Part shown: piece by piece, positions 1 through 14,168 of the stretch
Layout: every line of letters begins with the position of its first letter
How positions within the stretch are numbered: position 1 is the stretch's first letter
NCBI GenBank assembly: GCA_913043225.1
Contig: CAJWLU010000004.1
Span: forward strand, 128,001 to 192,000
Length of the DNA stretch: 64,000 bases
Direction: 5' to 3'
Source of the DNA: an uncultured Acidobacteriota bacterium
GTDB taxonomy: Bacteria > Acidobacteriota > Vicinamibacteria > Vicinamibacterales > UBA8438
The notes under the pieces: generated by a model
Told to the model about the DNA's origin: nothing
The model's database searches: none
The model's input: only the letters and a program-made list of their open reading frames with translations
Program-made: the position numbers and the translations under genes

Positions 1-581
1 CGGTGCTCGCCTCCATCGTCGTCGGGCAGCACCCCGAGGGCGTAGACCACCATCTTGCGCACACCCGGGTCGGTCGCCTGATACAGCTTTACGATTTCCG
101 GGACGACGGCCTGGTCCCCAAGTGAAGCCAGGGCCCACAAAATACTGATCAGCGTCTCAGTATCAGACTCGTCGAGCGCCGTAGTTAGTGCAGCAACAGC
201 CTCACTGGGAGGCGACTCCAGGCGCCCGATGGCTAAGGCCAAGTATCGACGGATCCGCGGGTCGTCGCCGTCGGATTGCACGAAGGCGCGCAGCAGCGCC
301 GGCGCGAGGTCCGGATGCTCCGCCTGCAGCTCGGGATCGCCCATCAGCCGCGCCAACTCGTACGCCGCCGGCCACCGCCGGTCGCGTCCACCCGTACGGA
401 CATCATTCAGGTACTCCTCCGGCGTCCGCTCGTCGGCCACCATCATTCGGAAGCCGCCATAGATGGCCACCACGACGGCAACCACCGCGAGAGGGATCAG
501 GAAGAACTGAACGGCCAGAGACGGTGCAGCCGCGAGACGGCTATCCGAACGCGCAGGCTCGCGCTCGCCAAGCTTCTGCAT
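1..581 (-). CDS. Membrane-anchored HEAT-repeat protein (3' end outside window)
   Basis: Not in ORF track. Manual translation from ATG 581: MQKLGERE...LAVQFFLIPLAVVAVVVAIYGGF (TM), then helical repeats DPRIRRYLALAIGRL, DTETLISILWALASLGD, DPGVRKMVVYALGVL; open to the window edge. Start uncertain. Confidence 0.75.
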   Translation of the reverse strand, partial: MQKLGEREPARSDSRLAAAPSLAVQFFLIPLAVVAVVVAIYGGFRMMVADERTPEEYLNDVRTGGRDRRWPAAYELARLMGDPELQAEHPDLAPALLRAFVQSDGDDPRIRRYLALAIGRLESPPSEAVAALTTALDESDTETLISILWALASLGDQAVVPEIVKLYQATDPGVRKMVVYALGVLPDDDGGEH

Positions 582-738
582 CAGTGCGTCGGGGGTAGGA
601 GGAGACGGAGCGTATCCACGATTATCCGTTGTTTGTGCATCTAGGCACAAGCTCTGCCGTGTCGGGCCTGAAACAACGGGCGGATCCTATAATGCGACAC
701 GCGACCGGTCAAGGTACGACGCACTCCACTCTTACCCC

Positions 739-1290
739 TCAAATGCGAGGTAGCGTGACCTCGAGTTGCGATTGATACTTGCCCTTCTTATCGCCATAAG
801 ACACTTCGCACGACTCGTCGCTCTGAAAAAACAGCACCTGCGCTATCCCCTCGTTGGCGTAGATCTTCGCCGGCAGCGGCGTGGTGTTTGAGATCTCAAG
901 CGTCGCGGTACCTTCCCATTCCGGCTCGAACGGGGTGACGTTGACGATGATCCCGCACCGCGCGTAGGTCGATTTACCCAGACAAACTGTCAGCACGTCG
1001 CGAGGAATCCGGAAATATTCGACGGTCCGCGCTAGCGCGAACGAGTTCGGCGGCACGATGCAGAGGTCGGACTGGATGTCGATGAACGACCGCGGGTCGA
1101 ACGCCTTCGGGTCTATCACCGTATTGTTGATGTTAGTAAACACCTTGAACTCGTCGGCCACGCGAATATCGTAGCCGTAGGACGACAGGCCGTAGGACAC
1201 GACGTCATCTCGGACCTGGCTCTCGACAAACGGCTCGATCATGCCCTTGGCCGCCATCTTCTTGATCCACCGGTCCGATTTAATCGCCAT
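739..1290 (-). CDS. dcd: dCTP deaminase
   Basis: [53 protein letters not shown] upstream of ATG 1290. Confidence 0.95.
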   Translation of the reverse strand: MAIKSDRWIKKMAAKGMIEPFVESQVRDDVVSYGLSSYGYDIRVADEFKVFTNINNTVIDPKAFDPRSFIDIQSDLCIVPPNSFALARTVEYFRIPRDVLTVCLGKSTYARCGIIVNVTPFEPEWEGTATLEISNTTPLPAKIYANEGIAQVLFFQSDESCEVSYGDKKGKYQSQLEVTLPRI

Positions 1291-1304
1291 GCTCCTCCTG
1301 TTTG

Positions 1305-1499
1305 CTACCGGCGCCAAAAAGATAACGCCAATGTCAGGGCCACACTAAGCAGCACGCCGGTCGCCAGCGGCATGTAGATGGTAACGTTGCCACGTCGATA
1401 CACGATGTCTCCGGGCAACCGACCTAAAGGGAGTCCCAGCATCAGCAGCGCACCGACGCTGGCGATGGCCAACCCAACCAACACCAGGACCTTGCCCAC
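1305..1499 (-). CDS. Small two-TM membrane protein (DUF2905-like)
   Basis: LGRLPGDI motif between two hydrophobic helices. Confidence 0.8.
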   Translation of the reverse strand: MGKVLVLVGLAIASVGALLMLGLPLGRLPGDIVYRRGNVTIYMPLATGVLLSVALTLALSFWRR

Positions 1500-1505
1500 A
1501 AACCC

Positions 1506-1919
1506 TCAGTCCAGCTCGACTCCACGGAAAAAGTAGCCGAGTTCGAATGCCGCGGTCTCTGGTGCGTCTGACCCGTGAGTGGCATTGTGCTCGATCGAGG
1601 ACCCGAACCGCTTCCGGAGGGTACCCTCTGCGGCCTGTGCGGGGTCGGTCGCCCCCATCAGAGCGCGCCATTTAAGAATGGCATCCGGCGCATCCAACGC
1701 CATAACGATCGCGGGGCCGGACGACATGAAGTTGGTCAGGCTATCAAAGAACGGCCGCTCACGATGCACGGCATAGAAACCCTCAGCCTCGACCTTGGTC
1801 AGGCGCACCAGTCGCATCCCAGACAGAAGGAAGCCGGCATCCTGAACGGCGCTCAGAATCGCCCCGGAGTAGCCTGCCGCAACCGCGTCCGGTTTTATGA
1901 TCGCGAACGTCCGCTCCAT
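1506..1919 (-). CDS. ndk: Nucleoside diphosphate kinase
   Basis: MERTFAIIKPDAV, HRERPFF, NATHGSD catalytic His motif. Confidence 0.97.
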   Translation of the reverse strand: MERTFAIIKPDAVAAGYSGAILSAVQDAGFLLSGMRLVRLTKVEAEGFYAVHRERPFFDSLTNFMSSGPAIVMALDAPDAILKWRALMGATDPAQAAEGTLRKRFGSSIEHNATHGSDAPETAAFELGYFFRGVELD

Positions 1920-1933
1920 GCTGTTCCCTTCGC

Positions 1934-2998
1934 TCACCCGAGGCTCTCCATGATCTCGTTGAGCACAGCGCGCGGCGGACGCACCTGCTCCTCAGACAGT
2001 GCCGCCAGCGGCTCGTCCACCAAGTTCAGCGTCGTGATGAAGTCGTCGGTCACCGGCTCGACGTAAATCAGCCCGGTAGCAAACTCCCCTCGGCCGTGCG
2101 TCTCGTGCAACACGCGCTGCGCCTGCAGCTTGTCGGTCGGGTTGTAGCTCTCGTCGAGCTTCTTGAGATACAGCCGAGACCCATCATGAAGTGTCACTTC
2201 CTGGGTCGTTCCAGGCTCGTGCTCAATCGAGATATCCTCGAAGAAGGGCACGAAGTCGATCTCCTCGAGCGGGTCATCGTGGCTCTTGACGTAGGCATAA
2301 CTCTTGGTTGAGCCTTCGTGGTCATTAAACGTAACGCAAGGCGACAACACATCAATCATCGCCGTACCCCGATGGCTAAGAGCAGCCTTCAAGACAGCAG
2401 TCAGTTGCTTCTTGTCGCCCGAGAAAGAACGAGCCACGAAAGTGGCGCCGAGTTGAATCGCGAGCGCGCAGGTATCAATAGGCGGCAGATCGTTAACGAC
2501 GCCAGTCTTGAGCGTAGAACCAACATCTGCGGTGGGAGAGAACTGGCCTTTTGTCAGTCCATAACACCCGTTGTCTTCGATGATGTAGATAATCGGCAAA
2601 TTCCGCCGCATCAGATGCACGAACTGCCCTATGCCGATGGCGCCCGTGTCACCATCTCCGCTAACACCAATGGCCACCAAGTGCTTATTGGCTAGCATGG
2701 CGCCAGTCCCGACCGAAGGCATCCGGCCGTGCACGGAATTGAAGCCGTGGGACGAGCCAAGAAAATACGCCGGGCTTTTACTGGAACAACCGATCCCAGA
2801 AAGTTTCACGACCTGCTGCGGGTCGATGCCCATCTCAAAACAGGCATCGATGATGCGCGAGGAAATCGTGTTGTGGCCGCAGCCGGCACAGAGTGTCGAC
2901 TTACCGCCGCGGTACACCGATGGCTCAAGCCCAATTCGATTGGTTTTTGGTTTAGTTGTCGCAGTAGCCACGTGTTCCTGCCTCGATAGCCGGCTCAA
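1934..2998 (-). CDS. korB: 2-oxoacid:ferredoxin oxidoreductase beta subunit
   Basis: LCAGCGH, SGIGCSSK, HGR, GDGD TPP-binding motif, SPCVTFN; true start may be GTG 2971. Confidence 0.92.
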   Translation of the reverse strand: MSRLSRQEHVATATTKPKTNRIGLEPSVYRGGKSTLCAGCGHNTISSRIIDACFEMGIDPQQVVKLSGIGCSSKSPAYFLGSSHGFNSVHGRMPSVGTGAMLANKHLVAIGVSGDGDTGAIGIGQFVHLMRRNLPIIYIIEDNGCYGLTKGQFSPTADVGSTLKTGVVNDLPPIDTCALAIQLGATFVARSFSGDKKQLTAVLKAALSHRGTAMIDVLSPCVTFNDHEGSTKSYAYVKSHDDPLEEIDFVPFFEDISIEHEPGTTQEVTLHDGSRLYLKKLDESYNPTDKLQAQRVLHETHGRGEFATGLIYVEPVTDDFITTLNLVDEPLAALSEEQVRPPRAVLNEIMESLG

Positions 2999-3033
2999 CC
3001 TCCCGGCCGGATGTCCCCCGTCTGCCAGACGGC

Positions 3034-4929
3034 TTACTCGCCGCCAACTCCCGCGTCGTGTGGAACCCCTCCTTCGTGAGCGGAGTACTTCACCCGATAC
3101 CCTTCCTGAATCAGGATGTCGTCGGTAATCGTCCGGGCATCGATCGGCTCCCCAGCATAGTGCAGCACGCTGCGCAGCCGGCCGGCGAGTTCCGACCGTA
3201 ATTCGAGACGCATGAGCGTCGACATCTGCGCGTCGCGGTTCTGCTCGACCACGTAGACACGGTCGTGACGCTCGATGAACGAAGCAAGCGCGGACCGGAA
3301 CGGATACGCCCGAAGCCGGTAGTACGATGTCTGAAGATCCGCTTCCGCAACGAGCTGGTCACGCGACTCGGTGATCGCCCAGTGGGTAGTACCAAAGGCC
3401 ACGATCCCGATCCGAGCCCGCCGGTTGATAGTCACCTCAGGTGCCGGCATCCAATTCCGAGCCGTCTCAAACTTACGGGTCAACCGGTCGAGGTTCTTCT
3501 TGTAGTCGTCTGACCGCTCGCTGTACTGCCCCCATTCGTTGTGCCCAGACCCGCGGGCGAAGTAGGCGGGTAGCCCGTTCCCCGGCACCGTGCGATAGGG
3601 AATGCCATCTCCGTCGACATCGCGATACCGACCGAACTTACCAATACGCTCAAGGGTGTCCTCATCGAGAACCTTGCCTCGGTCCAGAGCCTTTTCCGGA
3701 TAATCGAACTTGTCCGACATCCACGTATTCATCCCGAGGTCAAGATCGCTCAGGACAAACACCGGCGTTTGGAATCGTTCGGCCAGATCGAACGCATTCA
3801 TCGCCATTGTGTAGCACTCGTCAGGCGAACTCGGAAAGAGCATTGGATGTCGAGTGTCGCCGTGCGACAAAAATGCTGTCGACAGCACGTCGCCCTGGGC
3901 TGTCCGCGTGGGCAATCCAGTAGACGGCCCAACCCGCTGCACGTCGAAGATCACGGCCGGCACCTCGGCGTAGTAGCCAAGTCCGGCAAACTCTCCCATC
4001 AGCGAAATGCCAGGCCCCGAGGTCGCCGTCATCGAACGCGCTCCTGCCCACCCCCCTCCAAGAGCCATCCCCAACGCCGCGATCTCGTCTTCGGCCTGCA
4101 CCACCGCAAAGGTAGCCTTGCCAGACTTCTTGTCGACCCGGTACTTGCGGAGATAACTGATCAGCGTCTCGCAGAGCGATGACGAGGGTGTAATCGGATA
4201 CCACGCCACCACCGTAACGCCGGCCATCATGCACCCGATCGCAGCCGCCGCGTTTCCGTCGATCAGGATCCGTCCTTCGGTCGCATCCATCGGGGCGACG
4301 CTGTAGGGATCCTGCTTCTCGAGCTGCTCGCCAGCGAATGTGAAACCGACGTCGAGCGCCTCCTTATTGATAGAGACGATCTTCGGCTTGCCGCCGAACT
4401 GCTTCTTGAGGGCCTCCTCCATCTGACCGAGGTCGATCCCGAAGAGCCGAGACAACACGCCGTCATAGATCATGTTGCGGACGCGACGGCGAAGCTTGAC
4501 GTCTCGTGACACCTCAGCGACGAGCTTGTCGAACGGTACCGGATAGAAAAAGAGGTCGCGGCGCAGCTCACTCAGGCCCAGCGGCTCGTCGTACACGACG
4601 GCGGCGCCCGCCTGCAGACTCAGAACGTCTTCACGTGCCGTTTCCGGATTCATCGCCACCAGCACGTCGATCTCTTTCTTTCGGGCGATGTAGCCATCCT
4701 TGTTCGCACGGATCGTGAACCACGTTGGCAATCCTGCGATATTGGACGGAAACAGGTTCTTCCCAGACACCGGAACACCCATCTGGAAGATCGCGCGCAA
4801 CAGCACCAGGTTCGCCGTCTGGCTCCCGGAACCGTTGACAGTTGCAACCTGAATACTGAAATCGTTAACGATAGACTCGGAGGACTTATTGGATGGACGT
4901 TTTTCGACGGCAACGTCGGACGGGGGCAT
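3034..4929 (-). CDS. korA: 2-oxoacid:ferredoxin oxidoreductase alpha subunit (gamma-alpha fusion)
   Basis: YPITPSS, QAEDEIAA, TATSGPG, QRVGPSTGLPTRTAQGD; adjacent to beta subunit. Confidence 0.92.
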   Translation of the reverse strand: MPPSDVAVEKRPSNKSSESIVNDFSIQVATVNGSGSQTANLVLLRAIFQMGVPVSGKNLFPSNIAGLPTWFTIRANKDGYIARKKEIDVLVAMNPETAREDVLSLQAGAAVVYDEPLGLSELRRDLFFYPVPFDKLVAEVSRDVKLRRRVRNMIYDGVLSRLFGIDLGQMEEALKKQFGGKPKIVSINKEALDVGFTFAGEQLEKQDPYSVAPMDATEGRILIDGNAAAAIGCMMAGVTVVAWYPITPSSSLCETLISYLRKYRVDKKSGKATFAVVQAEDEIAALGMALGGGWAGARSMTATSGPGISLMGEFAGLGYYAEVPAVIFDVQRVGPSTGLPTRTAQGDVLSTAFLSHGDTRHPMLFPSSPDECYTMAMNAFDLAERFQTPVFVLSDLDLGMNTWMSDKFDYPEKALDRGKVLDEDTLERIGKFGRYRDVDGDGIPYRTVPGNGLPAYFARGSGHNEWGQYSERSDDYKKNLDRLTRKFETARNWMPAPEVTINRRARIGIVAFGTTHWAITESRDQLVAEADLQTSYYRLRAYPFRSALASFIERHDRVYVVEQNRDAQMSTLMRLELRSELAGRLRSVLHYAGEPIDARTITDDILIQEGYRVKYSAHEGGVPHDAGVGGE

Positions 4930-5010
4930 TCAGATCCTCAAGGCGACAGAAGGGGTCGGTGGGTGATGAACTCGCTAGTGTCCTCACACGGAAGACGGTA
5001 AAACTTTCCC

Positions 5011-5019
5011 ATTCTAGCA
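5011..5019 (-). promoter_or_regulatory. Putative extended -10 (TGcTAGAAT) for korAB
   Basis: Reverse complement of attctagca, about 80 nt upstream of korA. Confidence 0.45.
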
Positions 5020-5058
5020 GAAGAATGTTGGGTTATGTCGGATGCCCGCATGACGGCG

Positions 5059-5931
5059 TCATGCCGAGAGCCGCTTAGCCACCGCTTCACCGATCTCGGC
5101 AGGACTCTGTACCACCTCCACCCCAGCGGCCGAGAGCGCAACCATCTTGCTGTCCGCCGTTCCCTGCCCCCCGGAAATGATCGCACCGGCGTGCCCCATG
5201 CGCCGCCCCGGGGGCGCACTCTGACCGGCGATGAACCCTACGACCGGCTTCTGGATCTGTTCCTTGATGTAGGCAGCCGCATCCTCTTCGGCGTGGCCGC
5301 CGATCTCACCGATCAGGACGACCGCCTCCGTCTCGTCGTCCGCCTCGAACAACTCGAGTGCGTCAATAAAGCTCGTCCCAATCAGCGGGTCGCCCCCGAT
5401 GCCGATGCACGTGGTCTGACCGAGGCCCAGCTGGGTCAACTGGTAGATAGCCTCGTAGGTCAGCGTGCCGCTCTTGGAAACGACGCCAACCCGCCCCTCC
5501 AGGCAGATATGTCCGGGAATGATGCCAGCCTTGCCCTGCCCCGCGCTGATAAGCCCCGGGCAGTTCGGACCTATGAGCCGGCTCTGCCGGCTGCGCAGGA
5601 ACTCGAGCGCCCGAATCATGTCAAGCGTAGGAATACCCTCGGTAATACAGACAATTAGCGCCACCTCGGCATCCGCCGCCTCCATCACCGCGTCGGCCGC
5701 CACCGGTGGCGGGACGAAGACCACCGAGGCGTTCGCCCCCGTCTCACGCACCGCCTCGGCGACCGTATCGAAGATCGGCACGCCGTTCTGAGCACCGCCT
5801 CCCCTGCCCGGCGTCACCCCGGCAACTACCTGGGTGCCATACTCGGCTGCCTGCCGCGCATGGAAGCTTCCCTCACGGCCTGTGATCCCCTGTACGAGCA
5901 ACCGGGTGTCCCGGGTCAACAACACGGCCAT
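5059..5931 (-). CDS. sucD: Succinyl-CoA synthetase alpha subunit
   Basis: VQGITG, IGPNCPG, IGIGGDP, RMGHAGA phospho-His motif. Confidence 0.97.
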   Translation of the reverse strand: MAVLLTRDTRLLVQGITGREGSFHARQAAEYGTQVVAGVTPGRGGGAQNGVPIFDTVAEAVRETGANASVVFVPPPVAADAVMEAADAEVALIVCITEGIPTLDMIRALEFLRSRQSRLIGPNCPGLISAGQGKAGIIPGHICLEGRVGVVSKSGTLTYEAIYQLTQLGLGQTTCIGIGGDPLIGTSFIDALELFEADDETEAVVLIGEIGGHAEEDAAAYIKEQIQKPVVGFIAGQSAPPGRRMGHAGAIISGGQGTADSKMVALSAAGVEVVQSPAEIGEAVAKRLSA

Positions 5932-5933
5932 CG

Positions 5934-7106
5934 TTAGCGCCCCGCCTCCTCGCCAGACAGGCGAACGGCATGCTGGGCACCCTCGCCCATGCTGTCGGCG
6001 GTCGTAAAGTTGAGCCTGCTCTCCCGCAACATGCGCTTCCCTTCTTCGACGTTGGTCCCCTCCATGCGAATCACTACCGGCACCTCGACGCCGAGATCAG
6101 TCACCGCCGTGATCACACCCTCGGCCAACACGTCGCAACGCAGGATGCCGCCGAAGATGTTGATCAGTACGACGCGCACCTTGTCGTCGGACAGCAGGAT
6201 ACGAAAGGCGTTCCGGATCTGTTCGGCGTTGGCGCCCCCACCGACATCTAGGAAGTTAGCCGGCTCCCCGCCAGACAGCTTAATGATGTCCATCGTGGCC
6301 ATCGCTAGACCAGCGCCGTTGACCATGCAGCCGATGGATCCGTCGAGTCGGATGTAGCTGAGCGAATGCTTGGAAGCCTCAATCTCGAGAGCATCCTCTT
6401 CGTTGAGGTCCCGCAGGTCGCGCAGATCAGGGTGCCGGAACAAGGCGTTGTCGTCCAGCGTCACCTTTGCATCAAGCGCCAGAACCTCCTCATCCGCCGT
6501 GACGACGAGCGGATTGATCTCGACAAGTGACGCATCCCGCGCAACGAACGCCTGCCAGACCCTCAGCATGAGCGCCGCAGCCAGGGCGGCCGGCTTTCCT
6601 CGAAGCCCCACCGCAGCGGCGAGCTGACGGGCTTGGAATGGAGCGAGCCCCAGACCGGGCGCGATCGAGATCCGATGAATCTGGTCCGGTGTTTCTGCGG
6701 CGACCTGCTCGATGTCCATGCCGCCCGCCGCACTCGCCATGAGCACGGGCCGCTGGTTGGCGCGATCGATCAGCAACCCGAGGTAGAGTTCCGACGCAAT
6801 GTCGAGACCTTCCTCGATGAGTAGCCGGGAAACGACGCGCCCGTTCGGCCCGGTTTGCGGCGTGACCAAGGTCATGCCGAGGATCTGGTCGGCTGTCGCG
6901 GCCGCCGTCAGTGCATCGTCAGCCAGCCTGACTCCGCCGCCCTTGCCCCGGCCGCCCGCGTGAATCTGCGCCTTGACGACGACCCGCCCCCCGAGACGCT
7001 TGGCGGCCCCCTTCGCCTCCGCGACCGAGAACACCGGCTCACTCCGCGGCACGGGCACCCCGTGCTCGGCGAGCAGCGCCTTGGCCTGGTACTCGTGGAT
7101 CTTCAA
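5934..7106 (-). CDS. sucC: Succinyl-CoA synthetase beta subunit
   Basis: [47 protein letters not shown] start. Confidence 0.97.
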   Translation of the reverse strand: MKIHEYQAKALLAEHGVPVPRSEPVFSVAEAKGAAKRLGGRVVVKAQIHAGGRGKGGGVRLADDALTAAATADQILGMTLVTPQTGPNGRVVSRLLIEEGLDIASELYLGLLIDRANQRPVLMASAAGGMDIEQVAAETPDQIHRISIAPGLGLAPFQARQLAAAVGLRGKPAALAAALMLRVWQAFVARDASLVEINPLVVTADEEVLALDAKVTLDDNALFRHPDLRDLRDLNEEDALEIEASKHSLSYIRLDGSIGCMVNGAGLAMATMDIIKLSGGEPANFLDVGGGANAEQIRNAFRILLSDDKVRVVLINIFGGILRCDVLAEGVITAVTDLGVEVPVVIRMEGTNVEEGKRMLRESRLNFTTADSMGEGAQHAVRLSGEEAGR

Positions 7107-7138
7107 GGTGTCATCCCGCGTCAGGCGCCGGCCAGGCC

Positions 7139-8071
<933 letters not shown>

Positions 8072-8239
8072 CTAGTAGCTCCCTTCCACCGACTAGCTGA
8101 CAGCAGCGTCGCGAAACGAACTTCGACGCGGAGTGTCCAATTACCGATCCTGCAAGTGAGATGAATTAGGTCCGGCTAACCACATGTCCCGCGGTTCAAA
8201 CCCGGGGGTTTAGGGCACGTCCCCGTGCCGCGTCAGAAG

Positions 8240-8274
8240 ATCTTCACAGAACCTGTGGAAAACCTTGTGGAAAA
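8240..8274. promoter_or_regulatory. Cluster of DnaA-box-like 9-mers
   Basis: TGTGGAAAA at 8254-8262 and 8266-8274 (reverse complement TTTTCCACA, one mismatch to TTATCCACA), plus a degenerate inverted box at 8240-8248. Confidence 0.5.
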
Positions 8275-8485
8275 ATGCGCCCTAGGTTGCACCTGAGCCG
8301 CATCAACCGGGAACTTCTAGCGATTTGCACCATCGTGGTGCGACCGGACTGGCAAGTAATGGTGACCCGCCTGCCAGCGAGCGCTAGGCGATTATACTGT
8401 ACTGCCCGTTCGGCTCTCCTAAGAGGTACGGAACACACGAAGGCTCTCGACAACGCACCCTCCTTCCCTCACTGAGGAATTTACC

Positions 8486-10075
8486 TTGAAGATCGTGATT
8501 GCTGATCCACTGCCCAGTTCGGCCGCCGACCTCTTCCGCGAACGCGGCTGGGAAGTCGACGCTGAGACCGGACGCGACCCCGACGTGCTTTACGAAGCAC
8601 TCGCTGACGCCGACGCTATCGTAGTTCGCAGCGCCACCCAGGTCGACGCCGCGCTTATCGCCCGCGCGCCGAAGCTGCGCGTCATCGCCCGGGCCGGTAC
8701 CGGCGTGGACAACGTCGATCTGGATGCGGCCAGTGCTGGCGGCATCCTGGTGGTCAACGCTCCAGGGGCCAATAGCATCAGTGTCGCTGAACACGCCTTC
8801 GCTCTAATCCTCGCCTCGGCCCGAAACATTGCCCAGGCGGACCATCACATGAAAGAGGGGCGTTGGGAGAAGAAGCGCCTCACTGGGACCGAGCTGCGAG
8901 GCAAGACCCTCGGAGTGGTCGGTTTGGGCAGGATCGGCCGTGCGGTTGTCCAGCGAGGACATGCGTTCGGGATGCGTGCTGTCGCCCACGATCCATTCAT
9001 CGCCGAACAGGCAGCCGACGACATCGGCGTTACCTTGCTCGAGCTCGACGGCCTGTGCGCCGAGGCCGACTTTATCACCCTCCACATGCCTGCCACCGGA
9101 GACCGTCCGCTGTTTGACGCCCCTCGGCTGGCGCGCTGCAAGCCAACCGCCTGCATCGTAAACACAGCGCGGGGCAGCCTCATCGACGAGGATGCACTTG
9201 TCGCCGCCATCGAAGAAGGCCGCCTGGGAGGCGCCGGGCTGGACGTCTTCGCAAGCGAGCCGGCGACCGACCGGCCGGTCACGCGCTTACCCCAGGTCGT
9301 TGCCACCCCGCATATCGCCGGTTCGACGCGTGAGGCGCAGGAACTTGTTGCTATCGAGACCGCTGGTTGCGTGCGTGACTACCTGGAAACCGGGCTCGTG
9401 CGAAATGCGGTGAACTACGCGTCGCTCCCACCGGATGAATTGAAACGGATCCAGCCCTTCGCCACTCTCGCGGAGCGACTCGGCACCTTCCTCGCTCAGG
9501 TCGCCAAAGGGCGCACCGAGACTGTCGCTCTCCGCTATTACGGCGAACTCGCCGAGGGAAACAACGAGCTACTCGTCGGCGCGACCCTGGTGGGATTCTT
9601 CGGCGCCACCCTTTCGTCCCAGGTGACGCCGATCAATGCGCGAGCACTCGCTCGGGAACGAGGGATCGATATTGTCGAAACTCGCAGCACACGGCCACGA
9701 AATTTTACGAGCCTGATTTCGGTGAAGCTACACACAAACGAAGGCGAGCACTGGGTCGAGGGCGCTATCTTCGAGCAAGCCGGGCCACGCCTGGTCCTGC
9801 TCGACGGGGTGACGGTCGAAGCTCCCCTCGAGGGCACGCTTGTGGTGATCCGCAACGATGACCGTCTCGGCGTAATCGGCGAGGTCGGCACGATCCTCGG
9901 CCGGCACGAAATCAACATCGCTACGCTGGCGCTGGGACGCGGCACCGACGGCGCGGTCTCTATCTACCGAATCGATCAGACTCCAGACGTAAAAAATGCG
10001 GTCACGGACGTGGTCCTCTCGGACCTCGACGGAATCGATGCCGTCACCAGCGCCGAGATCGTGGTGCTGCCTTAG
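8486..10075 (+). CDS. serA: D-3-phosphoglycerate dehydrogenase (long form with ASB and ACT domains)
   Basis: RAGTGVDNVD, GLGRIG, VNTARG, TPHIAGST, C-terminal ACT (NDDRLGVIGEVGTILGRHEINIA). Confidence 0.95.
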   Translation: MKIVIADPLPSSAADLFRERGWEVDAETGRDPDVLYEALADADAIVVRSATQVDAALIARAPKLRVIARAGTGVDNVDLDAASAGGILVVNAPGANSISVAEHAFALILASARNIAQADHHMKEGRWEKKRLTGTELRGKTLGVVGLGRIGRAVVQRGHAFGMRAVAHDPFIAEQAADDIGVTLLELDGLCAEADFITLHMPATGDRPLFDAPRLARCKPTACIVNTARGSLIDEDALVAAIEEGRLGGAGLDVFASEPATDRPVTRLPQVVATPHIAGSTREAQELVAIETAGCVRDYLETGLVRNAVNYASLPPDELKRIQPFATLAERLGTFLAQVAKGRTETVALRYYGELAEGNNELLVGATLVGFFGATLSSQVTPINARALARERGIDIVETRSTRPRNFTSLISVKLHTNEGEHWVEGAIFEQAGPRLVLLDGVTVEAPLEGTLVVIRNDDRLGVIGEVGTILGRHEINIATLALGRGTDGAVSIYRIDQTPDVKNAVTDVVLSDLDGIDAVTSAEIVVLP

Positions 10076-10178
10076 TATTCCAGCCGGGCGTCGCCCCAAC
10101 TGCAGTTTTGCGACGCAGTCTTGCCGAGCTGCCTAACAGGCTCATTCTTCCGCCGTCTACTAGCGGCGAACAGCTAGA

Positions 10179-10730
10179 TCAGGGAAGGGTGAGATGCACG
10201 GTGGCGTCGCCCTGTCTATCCCGGAGCTCGACGGCGTCGTTCGACACGGCGCGCACCAGATATCGGCCAATGACGTCGTCACCGACGTTCGCAAGGAAGA
10301 CTCGACCGGACACTGACAGGATGGCCGTGTAGCGCACCCCGGTGGCTGTCGGCTCGCTCCCGACGCCGGCCAAAGTCACGCTGGGGTGGCGTCCCGACGG
10401 AGCGTCCGCCAACTCGCGCAGACGCCTCTCCTGGGGCCCGCGCATCGAGACCGTCGGTGGCGCGGCCGGAGCGACGACCGGATTGCGGGGACGGAACGCA
10501 AACGGGTTTCTCGCCGGGACGCGTGGCCGCGGCGCGTGCCCCAGCCGGGCCGTCAGCCGGGTCACTTCATGTGCGAGATCGACCTGAGCCGGAATTGGCC
10601 CCGCCTGCTGCGCTACGACGGCCGCCGTTGGCATTGTGGTCGGCAAAGATGGGACGGTTGTGGCAGACGAAAACCATGCCGCAGCCAGTGCGGCACCCCC
10701 CGCCATCAACACCACTTTCGATCGCGTCAT
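10179..10730 (-). CDS. Hypothetical exported protein with PilP/GspC-like C-terminal beta domain
   Basis: N-terminal hydrophobic segment, Pro-rich linker with RNPFAF, C-terminal AILSVSGRVFLANVGDDVIGRYLVRAV; family assignment tentative. Confidence 0.6.
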   Translation of the reverse strand: MTRSKVVLMAGGAALAAAWFSSATTVPSLPTTMPTAAVVAQQAGPIPAQVDLAHEVTRLTARLGHAPRPRVPARNPFAFRPRNPVVAPAAPPTVSMRGPQERRLRELADAPSGRHPSVTLAGVGSEPTATGVRYTAILSVSGRVFLANVGDDVIGRYLVRAVSNDAVELRDRQGDATVHLTLP

Positions 10731-10844
10731 CTCTGTACTCCTATCGATCGTACCACGTACCCCTGCTTTTCGAGGTTAAAGGCACGCGAACTTCAAGCGA
10801 GAAGCCCCGGTAAACTGCCGTTCTGTAAAGCCATGTAACATTCC

Positions 10845-13306
<2,462 letters not shown>

Positions 13307-13334
13307 CCCAACGCATCGTACTTATAATTGAGCG

Positions 13335-14168
13335 GTGTCCGAGATAAGGATCGGCGGCCTCAGGGTGGGCAACGGCGCTCCTCTCGTGCTCATCGGTGGC
13401 CCCTGCGTCATCGAAAGCGAGACGCATGCGCTGACGCTCAGCGGCGCGATCGCGGCAATAACGGCCCGCCTGGGCGTGCCCTTTGTCTTTAAGGCATCGT
13501 TCGATAAGGCGAACCGAACCTCACATCGATCATTCCGCGGGCCTGGTCTCGATCAAGGACTTAAGGTTCTGGCGGCGGTCAAATCGACCCATCAGGTGCC
13601 GATTCTCACCGACATCCATGAACCCGCTCAGGCACGCCCGACGGCCGAGGTCGCCGACGTACTTCAGATCCCGGCCTTCCTCGCGCGTCAAACCGACCTA
13701 CTCACGGCTGCCGCCGACACAGGCCGTGCCGTGAACATCAAGAAGGCCCAGTTTATGGCGCCGGACGACATGCGGCACGCGATCGAGAAAGTGCGAGCGC
13801 AGGGCAACGAGCAGATTCTCGTCACCGAGCGGGGCGTTAGTTTCGGCTATCACACCCTGATAGTCGACATGCGCTCCCTCCCACAACTGCGCGCGCTCGG
13901 AACACCGGTCATCTTCGACGTCACACATAGCCTGCAGCAGCCGGGCGCAGGGGACGGAGTGACCCTGGGGCAGGCGGAATACATCACGCCTCTCGCCTCG
14001 GCCGGCGTAGCGGCCGGTATCGACGCGCTGTTTCTCGAGATTCATGACGACCCGCGCCAGGCTCGGAGCGATGCGCAGAACGCGCTGGCTCTCGACCTGC
14101 TCGAACCGTTGCTCCAGCGCCTCCTGCGGATCGACGCCGCCACCCGTTCCCCCTTGAGCGCGCCGTGA
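13335..14168 (+). CDS. kdsA: Kdo-8-phosphate synthase (Cys-containing, metal-dependent type)
   Basis: GGPCVIES, KASFDKANRTS, QIPAFLARQTDL, DVTHSLQQP. Confidence 0.96.
   Translation: MSEIRIGGLRVGNGAPLVLIGGPCVIESETHALTLSGAIAAITARLGVPFVFKASFDKANRTSHRSFRGPGLDQGLKVLAAVKSTHQVPILTDIHEPAQARPTAEVADVLQIPAFLARQTDLLTAAADTGRAVNIKKAQFMAPDDMRHAIEKVRAQGNEQILVTERGVSFGYHTLIVDMRSLPQLRALGTPVIFDVTHSLQQPGAGDGVTLGQAEYITPLASAGVAAGIDALFLEIHDDPRQARSDAQNALALDLLEPLLQRLLRIDAATRSPLSAP

Noticed and set aside
188..644. Plus-strand ORFs at the window start
   Set aside because: The credible gene is the minus-strand HEAT-repeat protein running off the window edge
8340..8380. GACTGGCA...CGCCTGCCAG resembling a ZTP (pfl) riboswitch upstream of serA
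   Set aside because: Lacks the GGUGG/CCACCGGGGAGC core and lies upstream of the likely serA -10 (TATACT 8393-8398)
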